From the IMG/VR virus record IMGVR_UViG_3300021197_001923, positions 1 to 55,110 of that record: DNA of 55,110 nucleotides. One strand, written 5' to 3'. Below the pieces are notes generated by a model that was not told the DNA's origin, made no database searches, and saw only the letters and a list, made by a program, of their open reading frames with translations. Source of the DNA: a virus. Taxonomy: Duplodnaviria; Caudoviricetes. Both the position numbers and the translations under genes were made by a program. Positions 1-8,583 of the stretch are shown piece by piece (position 1 is the first letter of the stretch; every line of letters begins with the position of its first letter).

Positions 1-1
1 C

Positions 2-1342
2 GGCAAGATGATGTTAAATTTTCACTTTAACTCATCCCCTGCTACAAATAATCTTGTTACTTTTGATCAAGGCGAAACTAATTTTAACGAAAACAGCCAA
101 GACCAAGACTTCCGTGTCGAGAGTGACGGCACCTCGCATATGTTGTTTGTGGATGCGTCTGCCGAAGCTGTAATTATTGGAGATAATAACAAGTCAACCA
201 GTGACTCGGGGCTGTCTGTTGTAGGAACAGCTATAGACAATATTTCAATACAGTACAAAGGCACCGCTGGGGGCCATACTTCTAAACTCAGCTTCGTTGA
301 CAAAAGAGATCAAGTAAATGCTATCGTTCAAAACAATCTTATAAATGATGGTTCTGGAACCGCAGGAGCGCATTTAGAATTTAAGACCGCTGTAGAGGGA
401 ACAGTGTCAAATCGTCTAAGGCTAGGTGGTGGAGCAACACTTGAGGCAGTTTTTAACGATGATGGTTTAAACTACGACTTCCGTGTCGAGAGCGATGCGA
501 ACGCAAACTTTTTACTACTGGATGCCTCTGCGGAAATGCTTCTTGTTGGTGGGGGTTCAAACACAGCAGGTGGTGCTGCATTTAAGGTCACTCAAAGTAA
601 TGACGGTGAACTAACTTTGGATAGCACTTCTTCTGAAAGTAACATTGTAAGCTACGACAGAAATGGAAGTGCTTACCACCCACTAAACATCTATGGCTCT
701 AATGTAAACATTAACCCCACCGCTGGTAACGCAGCTATTTTCAATGAAGCAAGTCTTGACGCAGACTTCCGCATTGAGAGTGACAACAACGCTAATATGT
801 TTCATGTTAATGCTGGTGAGGATGCCATTGGTATTGGAATTGCTGGTCAATCTACTGTTGGGTTGTATGTGGATAAAGGAGCTAGTGCACACGCAGCCGT
901 GTTTAGAGTAGATAGTGCGGGTTTTGCATCTATTATATGTGATAATCAAGCCAACAGTGGTACACGTAATTTTATAAGTTTTAGAATTGATAACAGCTCA
1001 GTAGGGAGCATTACAAGCACAGGTAGTGCAACAGTGTACAACACTTCTAGTGACTACAGATTAAAAGAAAATGTAGATTACACTTGGGATGCAACAACAC
1101 GCCTTAAGCAACTAAAACCCTGTCGTTTTAACTGGATCGCTGATACTGACGTTACAGTTGATGGTTTCCTCGCACATGAGGCGCAAGCAGTCGTACCTGA
1201 AGCTGTTACAGGCACACACAATCAAGTTGATAATAATGGCGATGCCGTAATGCAGGGCATTGACCAAAGCAAACTTGTACCTCTGTTGGTTAAAACAATT
1301 CAAGAACTAGAGGCCCGTATTACGGCTCTAGAAAACGCCTAA
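2..1342 (+). CDS. Tail fibre C-terminal part with intramolecular chaperone (peptidase S74) domain, 5' partial
   Basis: SSDYRLKENV...GFLAHEAQAVVPEAV...LVKTIQELEARITALE; three DFRVESD modules; frame open from base 2. Confidence 0.9.
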   Translation, partial: GKMMLNFHFNSSPATNNLVTFDQGETNFNENSQDQDFRVESDGTSHMLFVDASAEAVIIGDNNKSTSDSGLSVVGTAIDNISIQYKGTAGGHTSKLSFVDKRDQVNAIVQNNLINDGSGTAGAHLEFKTAVEGTVSNRLRLGGGATLEAVFNDDGLNYDFRVESDANANFLLLDASAEMLLVGGGSNTAGGAAFKVTQSNDGELTLDSTSSESNIVSYDRNGSAYHPLNIYGSNVNINPTAGNAAIFNEASLDADFRIESDNNANMFHVNAGEDAIGIGIAGQSTVGLYVDKGASAHAAVFRVDSAGFASIICDNQANSGTRNFISFRIDNSSVGSITSTGSATVYNTSSDYRLKENVDYTWDATTRLKQLKPCRFNWIADTDVTVDGFLAHEAQAVVPEAVTGTHNQVDNNGDAVMQGIDQSKLVPLLVKTIQELEARITALENA

Positions 1343-3560
1343 CCCCTATCCATGAATTTATCCGCCCAGCTGCGTGAAATTCACGAAACCATAAGGATTC
1401 CGAAATGACAAAAGCACGGACACTAGCCGATTTTATATCTGACGGTAGCGAGTTCGCTGACGGTACGATCTCTGTGTCGGAGGTGTCAGGTGCTGCCCCT
1501 ACAGCAAGTCCAACTTTTACTGGTACGACAACGCACAGCGGTGTTCTGCTAATGAACACGAACCACATCCAATTCACGGGCAATTTATCTAAGCCAAATG
1601 TTGGAGCGGCAATTTATCGTCCAGCCGCCGATAGTGTTGCGGTTGTTACAAATAACCAAGACAGACTGGTCATCAGCAACACTGAAGTAAATTTCAATGA
1701 AGACAGTCAGGATACTGACTTCCGCATTGAAAGTGACGATGACGCAAACATGTTTTTCTTAGATGCGAACAACAACAAGATCGGCATTCGCTACAATAAT
1801 CCATCAAGCACCCTCCACATTCGTCCATCTGGCGAAGCAAGTTTAACTGTTGGTTCGTCTAATGCAGGAGGCGCACTTCTTGTTCTAGATGGTGATGCTA
1901 ATGGTGACGCAAGTGGTGGTGACTACGCTTACTTGAAGCACACCACCAGTGGAAATCTTATCATTGAAAATCTTGCTCCGTCTGGCACAGAAATTGTTGT
2001 CAATGAAACTGGCGTAAATATGGATTTTCGTGTCGAAAGTGATAATGAAAGCAATATGCTTTTCGTTGATGCGGGAAACAATCGCCTCGGTATTCGCACA
2101 AATGCCCCAGCCTCAACCCTCCACATAGATAGCGACAACGCATCTGGCACAACTTACGGCATTGTGCAAAACGATGGCACAGCCAACACTAATACCATTG
2201 CGGGTTGGGTTATTCGTGATGGTACAACTGTTATGAGTGGCATTAGACGAAGAAGGGATGGATCAGGTTCGCCAGTTGAGCTTGGGAACTTTAGCAACGA
2301 TGAAACTGTTGATCTAGTTCAAAACAATGAACGCAGAATAACTTTGAACACCAGCAGCCATATCATTGTTAATGAACCAGGACTTGCTTCTGACTTTAGG
2401 GTTGAGAGTGACAGCAACACTCATATGCTATTTGTAGATGGGGCTAATAATCGGATTGGTATCAACGCTTCATCACCTCAAAAGACGCTTGAAGTTGTTG
2501 GTGACATACAGCTTGATGCTACGAATGCTTCCCTTTTTCTTAAATCTGGGGCCACTGGTACTTCGGGATTTGTAAACTGGACCTTTAACACGGATGACAG
2601 TGTATTTGCTAAGGCAGGTATAGACTATGATAGCAGAAGTACCGTGGGTTTTCATTTAGATAGCGGCTATCCTATTTCACTTGATGCCTCTATGACTTCT
2701 TCTAGGGGGTTAGACATTCTTAACGGTGGTAGTCTTATTCACCGCATAAACACAGTTGAAAGTGCTTTTAACGAGAATAGCCTTAACCACGACTTCCGTG
2801 TCGAGAGTGACAGCAACACCCATGCGCTGTTTGTGGATGCTGGAAATAATGTTATCGGCACAGGAACATCAACACCAGCATCATACGTTAATTCAGGAGG
2901 TTTTGCTATAAAAGGAGCAACGGCCTCTGACCTATCTTTGGTTGCAAGTAGCGTTTCGGCTGGAAGTAATTCGCATCAAATGCGCTATTTTAATGAAGCT
3001 GGGGCTTCTTACGAAATTGCTAGGACACGGGTAAATGTAGGTGCAGGACAGGTCAATAGAGGTGAGTATCAGTTTGCCGTAAATAATGGCGCTGGATTAC
3101 GAAGATGGCTGGATGTTAATTACACTGGAGATGTTGTATTTAACGCTGACGCTCATGACAGCGACTTTCGGGTTTCGAGTGACGCCCAAAACTATATGCT
3201 GTTTGTGGATGCGGGTGCAGACGCTGTTTGTATAGGCACTAATTCACCAGACCCTAATGGTGGTGTAATGATGGTGCAAACTTTAAACACCCACGCATCA
3301 GGGCCAACTTTTCAAAGCAACGGAACAACTCAGCTTTGGTTGAAAGACAGTGACGCAACAAGCAACACAAGGCTTTGGGGTTTCCAAAATTCTGGCGGCG
3401 CACTTAACTTTCTTTATGCGGATGATGATAAAACAAATAATTTCCGCACACCCATGACAATGTATCGGGGTTCAGATGGAATTGTTATAAACGAAGATAG
3501 CCACGACCAAGACTTCCGTGTCGAGAGTGACGGCAACGCTAATATGTTTAAAGTCGATGC
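101..3560 (+). repeat. Dispersed DFR(V/I)ESD module repeats in the fibre genes (9 here plus 1 near 54984)
   Basis: 31 bp identical at 101-131 and 3505-3535; related copies near 476, 2791 and 54984. Confidence 0.9.
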
Positions 3561-3933
3561 TGGCGAAGACAAAGTTTTGATTGGTACATCAGGCGTTTTA
3601 GCGAAATTTACAAGTGCGCCCCTACAAGTTGGGGGCTTTGCCATAAGAACTATGGGCGTTAGCAGTTCGGCTACTGATACAGGCATAAGTGTAAATGCTG
3701 GGAGTACGGGCATGGGTATGCTTGTGTTTACATCTCGTAACACTTCAAGCGGAACGGCAACTGCTTCAAGTTTGTATTTGCTCAACTTTTATCACGATGG
3801 AAACCATACCCCTGCGGTGTCACACATTTCTGGAAGCAACTATTTAACTTTTTCAAAAAGCGGCAGCAATACCTTAACCATTCAAAATGCATCTGGCGGT
3901 AACTGTACTTGCACGATGATGATGAGTGGATAA
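1405..3933 (+). CDS. Second modular tail fibre / receptor-binding protein
   Basis: MTKARTLAD start typical of secondary fibres; six NExxxDxDFRVESDxxxxMLFVDA modules. Confidence 0.85.
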   Translation: MTKARTLADFISDGSEFADGTISVSEVSGAAPTASPTFTGTTTHSGVLLMNTNHIQFTGNLSKPNVGAAIYRPAADSVAVVTNNQDRLVISNTEVNFNEDSQDTDFRIESDDDANMFFLDANNNKIGIRYNNPSSTLHIRPSGEASLTVGSSNAGGALLVLDGDANGDASGGDYAYLKHTTSGNLIIENLAPSGTEIVVNETGVNMDFRVESDNESNMLFVDAGNNRLGIRTNAPASTLHIDSDNASGTTYGIVQNDGTANTNTIAGWVIRDGTTVMSGIRRRRDGSGSPVELGNFSNDETVDLVQNNERRITLNTSSHIIVNEPGLASDFRVESDSNTHMLFVDGANNRIGINASSPQKTLEVVGDIQLDATNASLFLKSGATGTSGFVNWTFNTDDSVFAKAGIDYDSRSTVGFHLDSGYPISLDASMTSSRGLDILNGGSLIHRINTVESAFNENSLNHDFRVESDSNTHALFVDAGNNVIGTGTSTPASYVNSGGFAIKGATASDLSLVASSVSAGSNSHQMRYFNEAGASYEIARTRVNVGAGQVNRGEYQFAVNNGAGLRRWLDVNYTGDVVFNADAHDSDFRVSSDAQNYMLFVDAGADAVCIGTNSPDPNGGVMMVQTLNTHASGPTFQSNGTTQLWLKDSDATSNTRLWGFQNSGGALNFLYADDDKTNNFRTPMTMYRGSDGIVINEDSHDQDFRVESDGNANMFKVDAGEDKVLIGTSGVLAKFTSAPLQVGGFAIRTMGVSSSATDTGISVNAGSTGMGMLVFTSRNTSSGTATASSLYLLNFYHDGNHTPAVSHISGSNYLTFSKSGSNTLTIQNASGGNCTCTMMMSG

Positions 3934-3960
3934 CCCCCAGCCATAAAGGAGAAACAAACA

Positions 3961-4311
3961 ATGGCTCAAACCACTACTTGGAAAATAAACGACATGGTTC
4001 GTGACGATGCCACGGGCGGCGTAAAAACCGTCTATTGGGAATGTCGTGTGACCGATAATGATCACTCAGATTGCTCTGCAGTCGAAGGTGGTAAATTGCG
4101 CTTGGAGCCTGATGCCACGGCAGCAGACTTTATTGCGTATGCTGATCTAACCGAAGCCACAGTTTTAGGCTGGGTTTATGACAGCTTAATTGAAGGCGAT
4201 GAGACTGCAGCAGAAGCAAAGCAGCGCATCGAGAACAATCGCCAGGGTAAAGTCACTGCACAGGTTGCTCGTAAGACAGCCGAAGCAAACGGTATCCCTT
4301 GGGCTGCTTGA
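3961..4311 (+). CDS. Conserved tail-fibre-associated protein (DUF7936-like)
   Basis: TWKI..M...GGV..VYW and FIAYADLTEATVLGWV motifs; AAGGAG RBS. Confidence 0.75.
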   Translation: MAQTTTWKINDMVRDDATGGVKTVYWECRVTDNDHSDCSAVEGGKLRLEPDATAADFIAYADLTEATVLGWVYDSLIEGDETAAEAKQRIENNRQGKVTAQVARKTAEANGIPWAA

Positions 4312-4329
4312 AAATAGAGGATGAAAACA

Positions 4330-4551
4330 ATGGCAGAAAACAAAAAAACCATTGTCATTAATGACAACGAATACTCCGAAGATCAGCTTACTAATCAGCA
4401 AAAAATGATGGTTAATCATTTAGCTGATTTGGATCGTAAAATTGGCACTACTCAGTTTAACTTAGACCAACTTAATGTTGGCCGTGCGGCGTTTATGGAG
4501 CACCTTACCATTTCACTCGCAAACCCAGAAACAACTGACGAAGCGGCATAA
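4330..4551 (+). CDS. Small conserved phage protein with coiled coil
   Basis: IVINDNEY..DQLT..QK motif seen after fibre genes; GAGG RBS. Confidence 0.75.
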   Translation: MAENKKTIVINDNEYSEDQLTNQQKMMVNHLADLDRKIGTTQFNLDQLNVGRAAFMEHLTISLANPETTDEAA

Positions 4552-4556
4552 ACCGC

Positions 4557-4613
4557 TTGTGCTTAAGCCACTAAATGTGGTATTATAGGCGTTATAAAAT
4601 CAACATGTAGATT
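4557..4613 (+). promoter_or_regulatory. Sigma70-like promoter with tandem NrdR-like boxes
   Basis: TTGTGC-18-TATTAT with TGn extension; CTAAATGTGG (4571) and CAACATGTAG (4601) 30 bp apart. Confidence 0.45.
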
Positions 4614-5039
4614 ATGTCAACGCCTGAAAAAGCTGTATTAGACAGTTTATTCCTTTTCAACCAATCTCCCGATCATCGGCTTTATACACTGGTTGAATTT
4701 TCCCACTATTGCCTCTTCCCAATCATGCACAGAAAAGCCCGTTTGTTTTATGACGGCGCTAAACCTGTAGGATTTGTATCCTGGGTCTGGCTGACCGAGG
4801 AAGAGGCAAGCGAATTTTTGTCAGAGCGCTGGATGCCGCAGGAACGGCATTGGAAGCGTCCTGATACAATTGATGATCGTTATCAGCTTTGGGGTATCGA
4901 TTTTATTGCACCCTACGGTCATTCAATACCCATCATGAAAAGCATGATGAAACATTCCCAAACCAGACTTGGCAGAAGAATACCAGCCCGCTGGCGGCGG
5001 TTTAAACAGCCAGACAAAGTGCACCAAAAGGAGTTTTAA
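4614..5039 (+). CDS. HlyC-family (RTX toxin-activating) acyltransferase
   Basis: SPDHR, PVGFVSW and LWGIDFIAPYG motifs retain the Ser/His/Asp catalytic residues. Confidence 0.88.
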   Translation: MSTPEKAVLDSLFLFNQSPDHRLYTLVEFSHYCLFPIMHRKARLFYDGAKPVGFVSWVWLTEEEASEFLSERWMPQERHWKRPDTIDDRYQLWGIDFIAPYGHSIPIMKSMMKHSQTRLGRRIPARWRRFKQPDKVHQKEF

Positions 5040-5041
5040 AC

Positions 5042-7429
5042 ATGGGCGGCGGCGGCGGCGGTGGAGACACAATAACAAACACAGGTTTGGGTGACGATCA
5101 GTACCAAACCCTTGCTGATAATCAGGCTGGAATCTCAGGGCAAATAACGACTGCCCGTGATGATGCTGATGCGGCGTATGGTAATATATACGATAGATTT
5201 GACCAATCCAGAGATCGACAGAATGCGATGTCTGACGCTATTGGGTCAAAGGGTCAGACGTTTGATTTTTCTGGCTTTGCTGATGGCGTAACACTTAACG
5301 ATAGCCTTTCTGCTTTAAAACAATCTGTAGGTCTTCAAGATCAAGATTTAAAGTACGATGTTAATGGCGATGGTGTAGTAGACCGCCGTGATGGTGAAGG
5401 CATGATGAGTAACCTCGTTGGCCTTGATCCCAGCAGTGTTGATACGGGCTTATACAAAGAGTTTGCGGATCAAAATAAAAACCTCACAGACCAGTTTGGT
5501 AATGTCACTACTCAGTTTGGTGATCTAACCCGTGATTTAGGTAATCAATCCATTAACATTCAGAGCAATCTTGGTAGCCAATTAGATAATCTCGGCACAA
5601 CTATGGGTGGGCGGTTTGATACTGTCGATACAAATGTAGGTGCCAACCTTGATGCAATCGGTGGCGTAAGTGATCAGGTCACAGACGTACAGTCCACCGC
5701 CGATACAATTGACGATAATACGCAGGACCTTGGCGGAGACATATCTGACTTAGCAGACTCACAAGGAAATCGTTTTGACGATGTTGATGATGCAGTCGAT
5801 ACTGGGTTTGATGAGGCTCAAACTAGCCGTGAAAACATAGGGGATGCCGCCGATGAAGGCCGTGGTGAAATCATCGACGACATTGATACTTTATCTGGAA
5901 ATCAAGCCGATTATTACGATGATCTTGCCGGCACTTTAGGTGATGTCCAAGAAACAACCGATCAATATTCCTCAGACTTTGATGATTACATCGACAGATA
6001 TGCAGACGATGTCAGTGATGCTACCGGCGAGCGATCAGATATTTTGTCGGGCACGGAAGATGAATTAGGCCGATTGCGCACTGACCTCGGTGAATACACG
6101 CAAGCTGTATCTGGTTACGCCAGCGATACTGATGATACTATTCGTGAAGAGTCAGACTTACTCGGTGACACCGTCGTCGGAGGCTTCACCGATATGGAAG
6201 AAAGCCTTGGCACTGGCTTTGCTGACACGCAGGACGTTGTTGGTGAAGAGGTAGAGGGGCTGGACCTACAAAGCCGGCTAGACAACGTTATTGATAGCTT
6301 GGGAGGGGATTTGAGCCAGCTGGACGCTGATATGGCTGAACAGTTTGGTGAAGTAGCTGACGCCTTCGACGATCAAGGCGATTTAATTACAGATGAAATC
6401 GCAGATAATGGCGACATCATAACTCGTGCGCTTGATGATCAAGGCAATTTAGTGGAGCAACGCTTTGATGCGCAGGGCGAGCTAATAGGCGAAACTGAGA
6501 CTAACCTAAGTGATGCCTTATCAGCAGTTGAAAACAGCCTTGGTATTGGCCTTGAAGGCGTCAGTGGCGACATGTCGAATTTATTTGATGCTCAAAACGC
6601 TACGCTGTCACAGCAAGGCTCACAATTGCTTGGCTTAGGCATGGGTATGGATGGACTGTCTGATCAGCAAAAGGCAGACTTCCAGTCAATTTCTGGCGCA
6701 TTCGATGCACAAGGTAATCTTATCCGCACCGGCCAAGACGCTATGGGCAATTTGGTTGAACGTGAGATGGACGCCAGCGGTAACATGATCGAACGAAAGT
6801 TTGATGATCAAGGCAACATGCTGGACGAAACTAGCCTAAACGTTAACGATGTTATGTCAGGCTTGAGCCAACTAGACACAATTCAAGGTAGCATTCAGCA
6901 AGGCTTTGAAGGCGTACAGGACAGTTTTGGCGAGCAAGAGGGCCTAATGACTGAAATGGGCCAAGAACAAACTGCACAGTTTGAGCAAACCCAAGACCGA
7001 ATTATTTCAGGCTTCGACAACACAGCGGGAACTATGGATACGCAAATCCGTGACATCGCAAACGTCGCCTCGCAAATGTCTGACTTAGACACAGGAATGC
7101 GCCAAGAGTTCTATCAGCTTGGTGGCGCCTTCGATGATCAGGGTGAACTGGTCAAAGAAAGCGTTGATGACAATGGTAACATGATCCAGCGATCGATCGA
7201 CACTAATGGAAACATTTTACTACGAGCGTTCGATCAAACAGGTGAATCCATTGGTCAAAATGTAATTAATATTAATAGAGCCTTGGGAAATTTGGCTGAT
7301 GTAAACACGCTCCCTGGCTCCAATATTTCAATGGGGAATCTTACCCCTGCTATGCAAGCAGATCCCCGTGCAAGTCAGCCGAACGTGCCAACTTCAGGAT
7401 TTATGGCACCCTACACGGAAACACGATAA
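5042..7429 (+). CDS. Large acidic protein with Gly7 N-terminus, dockerin/EF-hand-like segment and internal repeats; putative virion/ejection protein
   Basis: MGGGGGGGD; DVNGDGVVDRRD; three AFD(D/A)QG.L...D..GN.I.R repeats. Confidence 0.7.
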   Translation: MGGGGGGGDTITNTGLGDDQYQTLADNQAGISGQITTARDDADAAYGNIYDRFDQSRDRQNAMSDAIGSKGQTFDFSGFADGVTLNDSLSALKQSVGLQDQDLKYDVNGDGVVDRRDGEGMMSNLVGLDPSSVDTGLYKEFADQNKNLTDQFGNVTTQFGDLTRDLGNQSINIQSNLGSQLDNLGTTMGGRFDTVDTNVGANLDAIGGVSDQVTDVQSTADTIDDNTQDLGGDISDLADSQGNRFDDVDDAVDTGFDEAQTSRENIGDAADEGRGEIIDDIDTLSGNQADYYDDLAGTLGDVQETTDQYSSDFDDYIDRYADDVSDATGERSDILSGTEDELGRLRTDLGEYTQAVSGYASDTDDTIREESDLLGDTVVGGFTDMEESLGTGFADTQDVVGEEVEGLDLQSRLDNVIDSLGGDLSQLDADMAEQFGEVADAFDDQGDLITDEIADNGDIITRALDDQGNLVEQRFDAQGELIGETETNLSDALSAVENSLGIGLEGVSGDMSNLFDAQNATLSQQGSQLLGLGMGMDGLSDQQKADFQSISGAFDAQGNLIRTGQDAMGNLVEREMDASGNMIERKFDDQGNMLDETSLNVNDVMSGLSQLDTIQGSIQQGFEGVQDSFGEQEGLMTEMGQEQTAQFEQTQDRIISGFDNTAGTMDTQIRDIANVASQMSDLDTGMRQEFYQLGGAFDDQGELVKESVDDNGNMIQRSIDTNGNILLRAFDQTGESIGQNVININRALGNLADVNTLPGSNISMGNLTPAMQADPRASQPNVPTSGFMAPYTETR

Positions 7430-8160
7430 TGCACCCAACTACAATTTCAGACGACGGTATCGAGCTTATTAAACGTTTCGAGGGCCTTCACAAAGTCGGC
7501 AACGATGGGATGATCCACAGTTACCGTTGTATAGCTAACCGTTGGACCATAGGATTTGGCTCTTGTAAGGGCGTGAGGTCCGGTATGAAGATTACTCGTG
7601 AGGAAGCTGAAAAGCGTCTTCGTGACGATTTGCAGGACGCTGAAAGCGAAGTAAAACGCAGCGTTCATGTCCCGCTTACACAAGGTCAATACGATGCACT
7701 GGTATCGTTTGTCTTTAATCTGGGCTCTGGTAATTTTCGTTCATCAACTCTGCTGAAAAAGCTCAATCAAGGTTTGTATGGCGAAGTGCCAGAGCAGCTT
7801 TGCCGATGGAATAAAGCAAGGGTTTCGGGCAAATTACAGGTGGTTAATGGCCTCACTCGTAGACGATCTGCAGAGGCTGCAATATTCGCTATAGACGCCA
7901 AACTGCCTGCCGATGAAGGCGGACCCATCGGTCCCCAAAAAGTTACCGCAGCAGCTACTAAACCCCTTACTAAATCAAAAACGATGGCAGGGGCTGGTAT
8001 AGCCGGCGCCGCCACTGCGATGGGCGAGATTGCGCCACAAATTGAAGCCTTGGTGCCGTATTCTGACAGCATGAAAACCATCTTTTTGCTGTGCGCTTTA
8101 GGCGGCATTGCATTGGCAGCTTACGCACGGTTTTCTGACCACAAGCAAGGCATTCACTGA
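7429..8160 (+). CDS. Endolysin, GH24 lysozyme with C-terminal transmembrane tail
   Basis: IKRFEG, WTIGFG, YDALVSFVFNLG and GLTRRRSAEA motifs; two hydrophobic C-terminal segments. Confidence 0.92.
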   Translation: MHPTTISDDGIELIKRFEGLHKVGNDGMIHSYRCIANRWTIGFGSCKGVRSGMKITREEAEKRLRDDLQDAESEVKRSVHVPLTQGQYDALVSFVFNLGSGNFRSSTLLKKLNQGLYGEVPEQLCRWNKARVSGKLQVVNGLTRRRSAEAAIFAIDAKLPADEGGPIGPQKVTAAATKPLTKSKTMAGAGIAGAATAMGEIAPQIEALVPYSDSMKTIFLLCALGGIALAAYARFSDHKQGIH

Positions 8161-8402
8161 TGTTTGGATTGGTGGGTAAAATCAAACTTTACATTATCAT
8201 CGCACTTTCTGTGTTGATGCCCATCATACATCTACTGGGGCGCCGCAAAGGCAGAGCCGCAGAGCAAAACAAAATCATTCGTGATGAATTAGACGCACAG
8301 ACAAAAGCGTCGGACTTTTACAAATCGATGGCAGAGCATGAAGACATTCCTACTACTGATCGTAGCAGTCTTACTGATAGGCTGCGGGGAAACGGTTTAT
8401 AG
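8160..8402 (+). CDS. Putative i-spanin (Rz-like)
   Basis: N-terminal TM plus coiled coil, follows the endolysin. Confidence 0.65.
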   Translation: MFGLVGKIKLYIIIALSVLMPIIHLLGRRKGRAAEQNKIIRDELDAQTKASDFYKSMAEHEDIPTTDRSSLTDRLRGNGL

Positions 8403-8583
8403 AACCAACCTCGAAGTTTACTGCCCCCCGATCAAGCAATACGGCAACAACTTCAACACCAAATTAGCAGACGAAATAGAAAGCCTACCTTCGGAGTTCG
8501 ATGCAATTCCTGAAGCCCTTTCAAACTACACCAATCTGCGTGACCGCATCCGTCGATGTGAAACCGAGAGGGACAAATTGTAA
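8338..8583 (+). CDS. Putative o-spanin lipoprotein (Rz1-like)
   Basis: Lipobox-like LLIGC; CPP; overlaps the i-spanin. Confidence 0.65.
   Translation: MKTFLLLIVAVLLIGCGETVYRTNLEVYCPPIKQYGNNFNTKLADEIESLPSEFDAIPEALSNYTNLRDRIRRCETERDKL

Noticed and set aside
1-3933. Diversity-generating retroelement acting on the fibres
   Set aside because: No reverse transcriptase and no TR/VR pair with adenine-specific mismatches seen.
5042-7429. RTX toxin
   Set aside because: No GGxGxDxUx repeats and no secretion genes.
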